The notes under the pieces were generated by a model. It was not told where the DNA came from and searched no databases. It saw only the letters and a program-made list of their open reading frames with translations. The position numbers and the translations under genes are program-made. Shown here piece by piece: positions 39,946 to 54,252 of a stretch of 64,000 nucleotides of DNA (positions within the stretch are counted from its first letter, which is position 1; each line of letters begins with the position of its first letter). Source of the DNA: the human T2T-CHM13v2.0 reference genome, Homo sapiens; the NCBI RefSeq assembly GCF_009914755.1, contig NC_060942.1. The stretch is one strand, 5' to 3'.

Positions 39946-42900
39946 CATCATCACATGGAAAAGAAGAGAGACTGGGTATTTTAAAATATTATTTAATTTT
40001 TTTTTCTTGCAGATTAAAAAAAATTCAGAACACTTGAGGGATGTTCTAAAGGGCTGTGGGAGTACTTGTATGAATCCTAGCTGTCTGAAAACAGCTTGGG
40101 CTATTGTTCAAAGATCATGTTGCCTGACATGGATTGCAGAAGCTGAAGTTTTATGATGTCTTGCGGGGCTTTGGAAGGGGCACTAGAGTACTAGAGGGGA
40201 GACTGGAATTCCAGAGTTTTAAGTCCTTCCTCAACTCCTGAGTTCACCATTATCAGCATTGTTAATGTGTCTTTCACTTTCATGGTTGTGCCCAATACTG
40301 AAAGAAGCATATAATAATAGTTTAAAACTATTGACTGATACTAGGTACTCAATACAATTTCAGTTGAATGAATGGCTATTACTCTGTATAAAATAAAAGA
40401 AAATCACAAAATAAGTAATCTTTCAGTAAAATCATGCAGTTCAGGCCAGATCTCAGAATAAATGACCTTTGATTTATTCACTATTATTGGAAGTGCCAGA
40501 ATATACCTTTACTGTGCATGCTGTTTATCAAGAGGGTTGGTATGTACTGAAGCACTTCTGTGTGATTTTGTATGAGTTGATATTTTGCTGGTTTGTGAAA
40601 TTGTCTGAACCCTGATCATGATGTTGTGCTGCCACACATGGCGAGGTTTGTGTTTCAGCTGAGATAATGCATTGGGCCCAAATGCCCCATAATTATATGT
40701 GCTGTGTAAAAAAGTTTTAAAAAACACATTGAAAGAAACAGAGTGGGGAGATGGTGATGTCATCGATGCAGGGCCCTTGGGTGCTGACCTTTGCAGGGCT
40801 TTCAGCTGCGAGCTAGGAGAGGTGTACCCAGAGACCTTGTAACTGTCAGCTATCTCTCCTATGCAGGTAGACAGAACAACTGCCTCAGAAAGATCCAGTG
40901 TCTATTTCATCCATGAGGGAACGTTTGGCTGTGACAACATTGATGGCATGTGGTTGGGCACAATGAGAGAGAACAAGAGGCAAAAAGACACAAGGCTACC
41001 TTGTGAAGGGGCCTCATGTCTAGTTCACTCTCAGCAGGTGAGATAATGAATCTCTGTCTCAGCCTGAGCCTAAAGCCATAGCCATATTTATAATATCTCT
41101 GCAAAATGTGCTGAAGAATAAGGAAATTGCTCTTTTGTTGGTCCCTGATGTGCTCAGGTTGGCCCTTGGCAAAATCCATCACACTCACCTCCTCCCTGCT
41201 TCCTCTTTCAGGCCTCCTCTGCCCCAGATTAAATGTGAGGACCTCATGGGCATGCCTCTGATTGCCCGGGTGGCACATCATTAGTCCTCTGCCACCCCTA
41301 GAGCACCAGAGCATTTTGCTTGCATCTTTCTTATGGAGTTCACACAAATTCCTCTCTGTGGGGGCCAGTCCTCCTCCTGGAGCTTTCTGGCCTCATGACT
41401 AATGAGAATTGCCTCCTCCCCAGGCCACTGGTTACCTAAGGAGAACATGTTACCTCTTTCCTGGTATTTGCCTTCGAAGGAAAGTTCTCTGGGGAACTAA
41501 GGAGCCTTGTAGACCTTTTAGAATAAACTTCTAATGATAGAATTAACAGGAGGAAATTTTTTTAAAAAAAAAAAAAACAAGGGTAAAAACTTCAATACAT
41601 AGCTTTTAAAGGATTTCCTCCCCTTGTCCCCAAACCAAAAAGCCTAGTTGGCTACTTGACCCTGACCCTTTCCATATTCCTCTGATTTACAAACCCTTTG
41701 AGTGGCACCACATTCCCCCAGTGACTCTGCTTCCCATCTTGGAATCAGCATTAACTGCTTTCCCAATTAACCAGTCATCGAAAAGTACTTTCAGTTTTAC
41801 TTCTTCGGTAACTGTACTTTCCTTCCCGACCTGGGTGGTATCCCTGCCTTCAGCCCACCACTGCAGGCTTACTCTTTTTTCCCGATCTGATCTCTCCTTC
41901 CTCTGAAGTGCCACACAAGCTAATGCTATCCTCCTCTTCTGCAAGGCTGACATGCTTGTGCCCTTCCCTGCCTAATAAGTTGCTCCAATCTCCCCAAATA
42001 CTGCAGAATGAACCCTTATGTTTGTGAGTCATGTCCATGTGGGGGTTTCCCTAGTCTAAAGCAGAGAAATGGGAAGTGAAGTTGAAATGTCCAATTTCCC
42101 ATTTTTCTACTTTATACGTACAAACACATACACATTATACAAACACATGTGTGCACATAACCATATACAGTCACACTCACACACACGTACTCACATGCAT
42201 CCAGACATACATATACTACAGACATAAATTCACTCCCTTCTAACTAGTCTTTAAACTGCACTCTTTGTACACACTGTCTTCTCAGCTTTTCTCAGTTCAT
42301 TCCTTCCTCCTGAAGCACCTCTTATCCCCATTTTTTCTGGATCCCTGACTGTGGAAGTTCAGTTTATGTTCCTACTTCGTGAAGTCCCCACTGATTCTCT
42401 TCCAAAATGGTGCAACCCCATTTCCCAAACTCTAAGGGAGGGTCAGAGATGGATTGGTTACTATTTATTGGATATTTGCTTGAAAACATACTTTGTATGT
42501 TTTATATACATTTAAAAATTTATTTTGACAATAATTTAAGAAGGTACTACTGTCTTCTTGCAGATGAGCAAGAAGACTCCAAGCAGTTAGACCAACTTTT
42601 TTTGTTTTTAAACATCACTGAGCCTGTAAACGGCAGAAACAAACTTAGAATCTTATCTTTTCTGAACCCGAGCCCCTGTTATTTCCCCTTTTTCATGACA
42701 TCTTGCTAAAGCCGTTCTGAAAGATTTGTAACAATGTGTCTTTCTTATGAAATATGCATCTTTTCCTTTGTCTTACCTCCCTTCAATCTCCTGGTGTGTA
42801 AAGATCAGTGACTTGCCCACAGTGTAGAGTCATGCATCCATGCTCTTGAGAAGCAACTCAAGTTCACACAGCATTTCATTTTGGTTCCACATTTTCAAAA

Positions 42901-42987
42901 TGGAGTTAAAATATAGATATTTCTGGCCTACACTAAGGATTGTTGTGAGGAATACCTAAAATTTCCTGAGATGATGAACACAGAGCG

Positions 42988-45640
42988 TTTTATTTTTATT
43001 TTTTGTTTTTTGTGGGTATTGTAGGTATATGTATTTATGGAGTTCATGAGATGTTTTGATACAGGCATGCAGTGCATAATAATCACATCATGGAGAATGA
43101 AGTATCCATCCCCTCAAGCATTTATCCTTTGTGTTATAAACAGTCCAATTACTCTTTTAGTTATTTTTAAATGTACAATTAAATTATTATGACTATAGTT
43201 ACCCTGTTGTGCTATCAAATACTAGGCCTTACTTTTTCTAACTACTTTTTGTACTCGTTAAACATCCCTACCTTTCCCCAACCCGCCTCCTACCTATCCC
43301 AGCCTCTGGTAACCATCCGTCTACTCTCTATGTCCATGAGTTCAATTGTTTTGATTTTTAAACTCTGCAAATAAGTGAAAACATACAATGTTTGTCTTTC
43401 TGTGTTGGGCTTAATTCACTTAACATAATGATCTCCAGTTCCATCCATGATGTTGCAAATGACTGGATCTCATTCTTTTTTATAGCTGAATAGTACTCCA
43501 CTGTGTATATGTACCACATTTCTTCATACATTCATCTGTTAATGGACACTTAGATTGCTTCCAAATTATGGCTATTGTGAATAGTGCTGCAGCAAACATA
43601 GGAGTGCAGACATGTCTTCAATATACTAATTTCCTTTCTTCAGGGTATATATCCAGCAGTGGGATTTCTGGATCATATGGTAGTTCTATTTTTAGTTTTT
43701 TGAGGAATCTCCAAACTGATTGCCATAGTGGTCATACTAATTTACATTTCCACCAATAGTGTACAAGGGTCCTTTTTTCTCTATATCCTCACCAGCGTTT
43801 GTTATTGCCTGCCTTTTGGATATAAGCTATTTTCACGGGGGTGAGATAATACCTTATTGTAGGTTTGATTTGCACTTCTATGATGATCAGTGATGTTGAG
43901 TACCTTTTCATTTGCCTGTTTGCCATTTGCATGCCTTAATTTTGAGAAATGTCTATTCAAATTTTTTGCCCACTGTTTGATCAAATTATTAGATTGTTTT
44001 CTATAGAGTTGTTTGGGCACCTTACATATTCTGGTTATTAATCCCTTGTCAGATGCGTAGTTTGAAAATATTTTCTTCCAATTTGTTGTCTCTTCAATTT
44101 GTTGATTGTTTCATTTGCTGTGCAGAAGCATTTAAACTTCATGTGATTCCATTTGTCTAGTTTTGTTTTGGTTGCCTGTGATTATGGGGTATTGCTCAAG
44201 AAATTTTTGCTCAAACCAAAGTTCTCAAGATTTTCCCCAACGTTTTCTTGTAGAAGATTCATAGGTTCAGGTCTTAGATTTAAGTCTTTAATCAATTTTG
44301 AACTGATTTTTGTATGTGGCGAGAGATAGGGGTCTAGTTTCACTCTTCTGCATATGGATATCCAGTTTTCCTGGCATCTTTTATTGAAAAGACTCTCTTT
44401 TCCCCAGTGTATGTTCTTGACACCTTTATCAACAATGAGTTCAGTGTAGGTGTATGGGTTTGTTTCTGGATTTTCTATTCTGTTCCATTGGTCTATGTTT
44501 CTGTTTTTAAGACAGTACCATCCTGTTTTGGTTACTATAGCTCTGTAGTACAATTTGAAGTAAGGTAATGTGATTGCTCCAATTTTGTTCTTTTTGCTAA
44601 AAATAGCTTTGGCTATTCTTGGTGTTTTGTAGTTACATACAAAGTTTACAATTGTCTTTTCTATTTCTCTCAAGAATGCCATTGATATTTTGATAGAGAT
44701 GGCATTGAATCTATAGATTGCTTTGAGTAGTGTGGACATTTTAACAATATTGTTTCTTCCAATTCCTGAACATGGAATATCTTTTCATTTATTGGTGTTC
44801 TCTTCAATTTCTTTCATCAGTGTTTTATAGTTTTCATTATAGAGATCTTTCACTTTTTTGGTTAATTCCTAGGCATTTCATTTTATTTGTGGCTATTGTA
44901 AGTGGGATTCTTTTTAAATTTCTTTTTCAGATTGTTTACTGTTGACATATAGAAATGTTACTGATTTTTTAATGTTAATTTTGTATCCTGCAAATTCACT
45001 GAATTTGTTTATCAATTCTAATAGTTTTTTGGTAGCCTCTTTAGGTTTTTCCAAATATAAAATCATGTCATCTGCAAATAAAGATAATTTGACTTCTTTC
45101 ATTCCAATTTGGATGTCCTCTATTTCTTTTTCTTGTGTGATTGCTGTAGCTAGGACTTCCAGTACTATCTTGAACAACAGTGGTGAAAGTGAGCACCCTT
45201 GTTGTGTGAGAGGAAAGGCTTTCAGTTTTTCCTCATTCAGTACGATACCAGCTCTAAGTCTGTTATATATCGCTTTTATTATTTTGAGATATGTTTCTTC
45301 TATATTCAGTTCTCCAGGGTTTTTATCATGAAGGGATGTGGAATTTTATCAAATGCTTTTACCACATTGATTGAAATGATCATATGGTTTTTAACCTTCA
45401 TTCTGTTGATATGATATATCACGCTGATTGATTTGCATATGTTGAATGATCCTTGCATCTCAGGGATAAATCCTACGTGGTTGCGATGAATAATCTTTCT
45501 AATGTATTGTTGAATTCAGTTTGCTATTATTTTGTTCACGATTTTCATATCAATAATTCCTCAGAGACATTGGCCTGTAGCTAGCTAGCTTGCTTGCTTG
45601 CTTTTCTTTCTCTTTCTTTCTTTCTTTCTTTCTTTCTTTC

Positions 45641-45717
<77 letters not shown>

Positions 45718-47878
45718 CTTCTTTCTTTCTTTCTTTCTTCCCTTCTTTCCTTTTCTTTCTTTCTTTTTTTCCCCCTCCCTCCCTCTCTTCCTTCCTTCCT
45801 TCCTTCCTTCCTCCCTCCCTTCCTTCCTTCCTTCTTTCTCTCTCTCTTTCTCTCTTTCTCTCTTTTGTGTCTTTGTCCAGTTCTGGTATCAGGGTAATAC
45901 TGGCCTCATAGAATGATTTTGGAAGTATTCCCTCCTCTTTTGTTTTTTTGGAAAAGTTTGAGTAAGATTGGTATTAAATTCTAAAACTGGCGTTAAATAC
46001 TTAAAACTTCTTTAAATGTTTGGTAGAATTCTGCAGTGAAGCCACTGGGTCCTGGGCTTTTCTTTCCTGGGAGACTTTTTATCATGGCTTCAATCTTGTT
46101 ACTTGTTATTGGTCTATTCAGGTTTTGGATTTCTTCCCGGTTCAATCTTGTTAGGTTGTATTTGTCTAGGAATTTGTCCATTTCTTCTAGATTTTTCAGT
46201 TTATTGGCATATAGTTGTTCCTAGTAGACACTAATGATGCTTTGAATTTCTGTGGTATCAGCTATAATGTCTCCTTTTTCATTTCTGATTTTATTTATTT
46301 AAATAGTCTCTTTTTTTTCTTAGCTTGGCTAAAGGTTTGACAATTTTGTTTAACTTTTCACAAAACCAACTTTTTGTTTCATTGATCTTTTCTATTGTTT
46401 TCTTCATTTTAATTGTATTTATTTATGCTCTGATCTTTTTATTTCTTTTCTTCTACTAATTTTGGGTTGACTTGCTCTTGCTTTTCCAGTTTTTTAAGAT
46501 ACATAATTAATTGAAGTTTTCCCTCTGTTTTGATGTAGGCAGTTATAGCTACACACGTTCGTCTTAGTACTGCTTTTGGGTGTATCCCATAGGTTTTCCT
46601 CTTAGTACTGCTTTTGGGTGTATCCCATAGGTTTGTTATGTTGTGTTTCCATTAGTATTTGTTTCAAAAAATGTTTTAATTTCCTTCCTAATTTTTTCAT
46701 TGACCCACTGGTCATTCAGAAGCATATTGTTCAATTTATATGTATTTGTATAGTTTCCAAAATTACTCTTGTTATTGATTTCTAGTTTTATTCCATTCTG
46801 GTTAGAGAAAATGCTTGATATTATTTAATTTTTTTTGAATATTTTAAGACTTGTTTTGTGACCTAACATATGGTTTATCCTTGAGAATAATCCATGTGCT
46901 GAGAAAAAGAATGTGGATCCTGCAGCCATTGAATGAAATGTTCTGCAAATATCTATTAGATCTATTGGGTCTATGGTGCAGATTAAGTCTAATGTTTCTT
47001 TGTTGATTTTCTGTCTGGAAGATCTGTCCAATGCTGCAAGTGGGGTGTTGAAGTATTGGAACCTATCTCCCTCTTTAGCTTTAAATATTTACTTTATATA
47101 TCTGGGTGCTCCAGTGTTGGGTGAATATATATTTAAAATTGTTATAACCCCTTGCTGAATTAACTCCTTTATCCTTATATAGTGACATTTTTGTCTCTTC
47201 TTATAGTTTTTGTCTTGAAATCTATTTTGTCTGATATAAATATAGCTACTCCTGCTTTTTCTTAGTTTCTGTTAGCCTGAAATATCTTTTTCCACCCTTT
47301 TATTTTAGTCTATGTGTTTATAAGTGAAGTGTGTTTTTTTGTAGGCAACAGATTGGTGGATATTGTTTTTTCATCCATTTGGCCACTCTAGATCTTTTGA
47401 TGGAGGACGTCAGCCCATTTACATTCAATGTTATTATTGATAAGTAAAAGCTTATGCCTGCCTTTTTTTAAATTTGTTTTCTGGTTGTTTTATGGTCTCT
47501 ATTTCTTGTTTTTTTCCTGTCTTCCTTTAGTCAAGGTGATTTTCTCTGTTGATATGATTTACTTTCTTGCTTTTTATTTCTTATGTGTCATTGTGTATTT
47601 TTTTGTTTGAGGTTACCATGAGGCTTACAAATACTATCTTATAACCTATTATTTTGAGCTAATAACAATACTATTTGCATGAACAAATAAGCAAAAAAAC
47701 TAACAGAAGCTCTACATCTTAACTTTTTCCCCTTGCTTTTTAAACTTTTTATCATTTCTATTTTATCTTATTGTACTGTTTACATCTTGAAAATTTGTTG
47801 TAGTTATTATTTTTTGTTGGTTCATTTCATCATTTAGTCTTTCTATTTAGGGTAAGGATAGTTTATACACCGCAGTTA
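42988..47878 (-). mobile_element. 5'-truncated L1MA (L1MA2-like), about 4.9 kb, inserted in a MIR
   Basis: Minus-strand ORF2 fragments ([15 protein letters not shown]; [14 protein letters not shown]; AIYRFNAI); L1MA1-3-type 3'UTR (GATACAGGCATGCA...CATCCCCTCAAGCATTTATCC). Confidence 0.9.
45578..45866. repeat. Compound microsatellite (CTAG)(CTTG)(CTTT)n(CCTT)n(CT)n inside the L1MA ORF2
   Basis: Read directly; about 265 nt of uninterrupted pyrimidines from 45601. Confidence 0.95.
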
Positions 47879-48489
47879 CGCAGAGCTCTGGAACACAGGG
47901 CATCTTATAAACTACAAGGCAACATACATTTGGTTCAACACACATTTATTAGACTTCTAATATTATCAGAGTTATGAAAAGGAGATGTGATCCCTACTGT
48001 TAATGGGATCGTTTTCCAGGAAGAGTCTGATATTCAAAAAGAAAATAATCTCAATGTAATAGCAAGCATATGGTCATTACAGAATGACCAACCAAGATAG
48101 GTGAATGGAGTCAGCAGGAGATCCTACCACAGGGGTCAGGGAAAGTATGTCTGCTGCTGGAAGACAGGTTGGACTGAAGACAAAACATTGTAGGATAAGA
48201 TGGAAGACAGATACTCCAGGCAATGGGTCAGTACAGAGATGATTCTTATTTATTAAATGAATAAATGAATTAATGCCTGAAAGGGCTCTGTCCTATATAA
48301 GGCAGTCCCTAAAGTAACCACACAGGCCCTTTGATGATTTTCAAGGTTCAATTATGAACCATCTTTTAAAATTCTTCGTTGACTTTGTTCACCTACATCC
48401 TACTTCACTAGAATTTATGTAGAACTTTTGGCATTCACTATACAACTTTGTTTTTTCTTTTAAAAAGTTAAATGTTATAAATACTTATC

Positions 48490-48640
48490 ATTTATCATAT
48501 TTTATTTCAACAACCTTACAAAGTGGATATTACCATTCTTATTTTAGAGACCAAAACAGCTGAGGTTCAGAATGGTTAAATAACTGTATCAAAGTAAAAT
48601 GGCCTATGGGTGCTACCACAGGGATTTGAACTCCTGGACC
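48490..48640 (-). mobile_element. MIR
   Basis: CATTCTTATTTTAGAGA...CTGAGGTTCAGAATGGTTAAATAAC...GGATTTGAACTC core. Confidence 0.7.
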
Positions 48641-50425
48641 TGCTCACATAAGAATGAATTTTTTCAGCCTGTATGTTCAAGTGTGTCACTAGTAGGAATT
48701 CCAGGGTCAATGGGAGTGGTGGCTCAGTCAGCCCTTGTCTTAAGATAACCTGTGTTATCATTGGAAAGGTCAGACAGTTTTCCAAAGGGAAAGCATCACT
48801 TCTTTCATTTTCAGGTAATGGTTTCTGATGTCAGAAAGGGGTGTTTATGCCTCGTCAACTTTTTGAATGCTCCCTGCAAGTTTCATCATTCCCCACCCTC
48901 ACTTCCTACCCTGCAGTCACAGTGCAGCTTTCAAAAGAGTGAAGCTTGACTTTCGGCTTAACAATAAGTCAAAGGCATGGATTCATGTCTGATTTCTTTT
49001 AGATTCCTATTGGCCTTAGCATAGTGTTGTGACGTACTAGAGGGTCAATTAAAATTTGATAAATGGATAGATGAGTAAATGAGTGAACTTTAGGTCTCAG
49101 CAGCACAGTTGATTTGCTAGGAATGCACCCTTGCTGTAGCTGCAGCCACATGTACCACAGCGTAGCAAAGATCCAGTATAACCAAGAGTTTCACCTCCCA
49201 GACCACTGCCTCTGATAAGGCTTTCCTGGTCAGCCTCAGACTCTCTCTTATCTTTCCAGTCTTATTTCTTACCATTCCTTCCTTGGAGCCTTTCCCTCCT
49301 CATCATCCTCCTTCGGTTCCCTTTGAACACCTTGTCTGAGTCCTATTGAACTACTATAAGCTTTCTATGAGCTCTTTGGGGTTCTCCTTTCTTGGACTGA
49401 ATACTCTGCTCACTTCCTCTCCTTTGGTCCATGTCTCTGTTTCTCTCTCTCTTCCCTTTTCACCAGGTAAGTTCTACTTTTCCTTCAAGTTTTAATCTAA
49501 AATCCTTCCCTGACTTATCTTCTTGTCCCCATCTGCAATAGATGTTCCTTTCCCAAACATCTAGGATTCAAGGACTTCCGTGACCCTAATTGCCTATTTG
49601 CTTTATTCATTTTTCCCATTAAACTGTCAGTACCTTCAGAGCAGGAAACTTAATTTATCCATGGTTAGAGTCCTAGTAACTAGGGCAATGCCTGTTTCAT
49701 CCTCAGAGCTCAAAATCTACCTTTTGAAGTAATGAATGAATAAATAAACGGATTAATGCAACCAAACTGTGTATGTGTGTGAGTGGGTAATACCTTGTCA
49801 CAGAAATGCTGCTCTCAAAACGTGAAAGTGACTGAGTAAGAAGTTGTGAAAGATGCTTATGAGGCTTCTATGTAATTTTAATAGGCCTTTTAGGTATCCT
49901 ACTTCATTAATAAAGGAAGAATGGAGTGCTCCAGTGTCTTTTTATCTCCCATCTGTATTCAAATACAACAGAATACCTCTAAATAAAATTTCAGGGTAAA
50001 TTAATGATTTTCATTTTCTCAGAAAACCCATTTTTCCCTGAAAGGATAGACTGCTGACCCAATGCATATGTGTGATTTCCTGCTTAATAAGGGGACTGGC
50101 TGATACAGTGCACTGTAAAATGACTGCTGGTCTTGTCATGAACCTGTGAGCTTTGGGGAAAGTGGGGTCATTCTATAAGGGCAGATGTGGGGCAAGGATG
50201 CAGGTGCTCCTGGTCTGGGGTTACCCCTCTCATCTCTCAGTCAGTTCTTGAGAACTGGCTTTGACATTTCTCAGTCAGCACGTGTGGCTGTAGGCTCGGC
50301 TTGAGCTGTTGGATGACTGTCTTCTCTGCTGTCTCTCAGCTGTGGGTGGCTCAGTCTTGACACAGAGGAAGCCTTGGGGGCTTTACTGTGTAGGTTTTTA
50401 TAACAGTTTAAATATCCTTCATAGC

Positions 50426-51086
<661 letters not shown>

Positions 51087-51999
51087 GCAACCATTGAGTT
51101 TAATGAATGTGCTTCTGGAAGACACAGAGAGAAAGGAAAAGTGGATGGAGGGCAGGACTGAGCACACACACCTATGAGAGAAGGGAGGGAAAGTGCTGCC
51201 AAGTGAGTGCTGGATTCTCTGGAGACCAGATCAGGAAGTACTTTCCCCATATAGATATAGGAGATGTGGATTTGTGAGTGCCCCACAGGGAAATACAACA
51301 AAACTCAGGGTTCCTGGAGGTAGTCTTTGGCTGCAAGTGGAGCCTTAGCAGGGGCTGTGGAACAGAACAGGAGCCTCTCTAAATGCTGCACTGGGTCCTG
51401 CCTCCTTCTACCTTGACTTCACAACTGCATTCAATGAAGTAGAGGAATAGGGACCTATGGCCAAGAAGGGTCTACAAACCAAACCATCCTGTGGCCAGTA
51501 ATTCCACTGTTGTTAATACTCATCAGTTAACAAATGTTTCTATGGGCCAGTTTTACACAAGTTCCATCTGGAATAAATGAAACTAATTATAGGGTCTACT
51601 TACAGAAGCATGGGCAGGATGTAGGAAAACAAAACAAGGTAGTGCAATATTTCACGGTGTAGTAATAGTTAGGGAGTTACCTTCTTTGACCTGAAGAAGC
51701 ACGACTTGGGGGCAATCACTGAAACTTGGAAGGAGATAGCTGTGTGGAAGGTACATTTTGACAGTTGTTGTGACTTTTGGTATGTAGCTAGCCTGAAGTC
51801 ATTCTGGAGGGAGAGGGCTAGGGCAGTAATACCCCTTAGATCTCTGCCCCACTTTTCCCATTGGCTAGACCCAATTAGAAGCCACAGGGCAAGGGTCCCA
51901 AATAATATAGTTGAGGCAAGTCAGTCTCTTGGGGTGTAAACCAAGAAAAGCAGAAATGGATGCAGGGCAGATCTCAAGGGGAAATGAGAAATCGCTCAC

Positions 52000-52170
52000 A
52001 TGCATGCACTATGTCATCTGATTTTCACAGAACCCTCATCGGGAGAGTATTATACTCACTTTACAGATGAGGAAACCATGGCATAGAGAAATTAAATAAC
52101 TTACACTAATATACACAGTAAATGGTGGACCAGGCTTTGAACACAGGCAGAGCTCTTCTGGGATTTGACC
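52000..52170 (-). mobile_element. MIR
   Basis: CACTTTACAGATGAGGAAAC..GGCATAGAGAAATTAAATAACTT core. Confidence 0.75.
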
Positions 52171-52236
52171 ATTTAGCCAGTACCCTAAGACAAGAAATCA
52201 ACCCATTGAAAATATTCCTTTTGGAGTGATACAATA

Positions 52237-52671
52237 TGTGTTGCTATGTCAGAATACCTGAGATTGGGTAATTTGTAAGGAAAAGAGGTCTATTTGGCTT
52301 ACGATTCTGGTGGATGGGAAGTTTGAGATTGGGCAGCTGCATCTTCTGAAAGCTTCATATTGCTTCAATTTGTAGCAGAAAGTGGAAGGGAAGTGAGCAT
52401 GTGCAGAGATCACATGGTGAGAGAGGAAGCAAGAGTGAAACTGATGAAGCAGACTCTTTTTAACAACCACTCTCTCTCTCACAGGGAGAGTAAATTAATC
52501 CCCATGAGAGTAAGAACTCAGCTCCATTAGCAGGATATTAATCTATTCTTGAGGGATCTTCCCTCATTACCCAAACACATCCCATGATTCACCACCTCCC
52601 TGCACTGCCACATTGGGGGTCAAATTTCAACAAGAGTTTTGGCAGGGAGAAACCACATCTAAACCATAGCA
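52237..52671 (-). mobile_element. MSTB-like MaLR LTR
   Basis: GAATACCTGAGATTGGGTAATTT...CAAATTTCAACAAGAG...AAACCATAGCA. Confidence 0.85.
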
Positions 52672-52984
52672 CAATGTTTTATTTTCTCTTCAATTCTCTG
52701 TAACATTGCTTTTGAACATGCCAGCCATGTATTGAAGGAGTTTGAGTTTGCCTTTTTCTGGGCCTGGCTCTGCAGAGCTTGAAGGTGGACAAGTATGAGT
52801 GTGGGTGGACAGGTATGAGTGTAGGGACTGCCCTCTTGGCTTAGAATCCTGGTGAGAACTTGGGCTGTATATTACTCCTATTGATGCACATGATTAGAAT
52901 AGATATCACAGGTGAGAATCAAGTGGAGTGAAGAGAACTTGCAATTATGCCCTAGGGTTTCTCTAACTCTGAAGCTCATAGATT

Positions 52985-53710
52985 GACAGTAGCTGGTTAT
53001 AATGGATTCTATGGTGTACTAATATTACCCCTTCAGGTTTGTGGGACACAAGGGCCTCAATCCTACAACTATGATGATCTGAATTCTTCCAACCATCTGA
53101 GTGAGCTTGGAAGCAAAGCCTTCCTGGAGCTTTCAGATAAGAATGTAGTCCAACAGATGCCTTAATTTCAGCCTTATGATTCTAAGCAGAGAACCCAGCA
53201 GCCAATCCCAACCAGAATTCTGAATTATGAACTGTGACCTCGCAAGTATACACTCTCTAAGCATCTAAATTTGTGCTCCACTAACTTTTTATGCATCAAT
53301 AGAAAACTAATACAGTGTCCAAGTTGCTCATTCCCCCAACTGCCTGGAGTGCTCAGAACCATGTCTCATTCCAAAAATCATCCTGGACTGAAGGAAGCTG
53401 CCTTGGCCAAGTTATGTGCCCTTGCTTAATGGCAGCCTACATCTAATGACAGATTGATACAGGAATACAAAGTATTGATCCCCTTCCCCCAAGTTATGAC
53501 AACTCTGAAGGGTCATCCCAGCATTTGTGCTGCTTGTAAGATGGTCCAAAGCCTCTGCTACATCACAGTTTAAACTTCTATCTCTGTTTCTTCCTATTTC
53601 CCTAACTCCTTCACAGGGGAGGGATCATGCTCTTGAGAGCATGTCCCAGTGAAGTTTCTGCATGGAAATCTTCACTGCAGAATATTAGCCCACGGAACCA
53701 GATGGAAGAC
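52985..53710 (+). mobile_element. Old MLT1 LTR fragment (to about 53315) followed by an LTR16-like ERVL LTR
   Basis: GAATTCTTCCAACCATCTGAGTGAGCTTGGAAGCA...AACTAATACA; then GACAACTCTGAAGGGTCATCCCAGC motif; names approximate. Confidence 0.6.
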
Positions 53711-54200
53711 AATATGCTTGATGGAGGTGGAGTGTTGATGGAGAAGCAAGATGAATCTTATCCCATGGGACCCCAGCCAGGAAGAGCAGACTCTTACAAG
53801 GAACAGTACAATAATAAGACTAGGCACCACACAACAAAGGGCCAACTTTATAGCTCAGACTTTGCGTGACCATATATCAGAGTTGTCCCAGGACAGGCTC
53901 TGTTACAGCTGTTGTCCTGATGGTTATGATTAAGTATTCCAGTTTGTATATCAAATTGCATGGTCAGCTTTCCCAGATTCTATGGGTTATAAGGATGTAG
54001 ATGACAGGCCAATGTGGGCTGCAGCAGGATGAGTAGAGAAGACTATGTAGGGTGGCCTCTGACTGGACTTTGAGAGATGTGCAGGAATTGTGTTACATGT
54101 CAGTGTCTAGGTATCACTGTGGGTAGAAGTGAAAAAGCGTGGACAGAGCATGAAAGGTAGAAATATGTATGTGTGGGGGAGGGGGGAAGCATTAGCATCA

Positions 54201-54252
54201 GGAGGAGGAGAAGGAGAAAGAGAAAAGGGAGGAGGAGGAGGAGGAGGAGGAG
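54201..54252. repeat. GA-rich/(GGA)n tract
   Basis: Read directly from sequence. Confidence 0.9.

Noticed and set aside
45590-45916. F/L/S-rich ORFs in three frames, likewise Y/I/C-rich ORFs at 31688-32004
   Set aside because: Translations of microsatellites lacking stop codons
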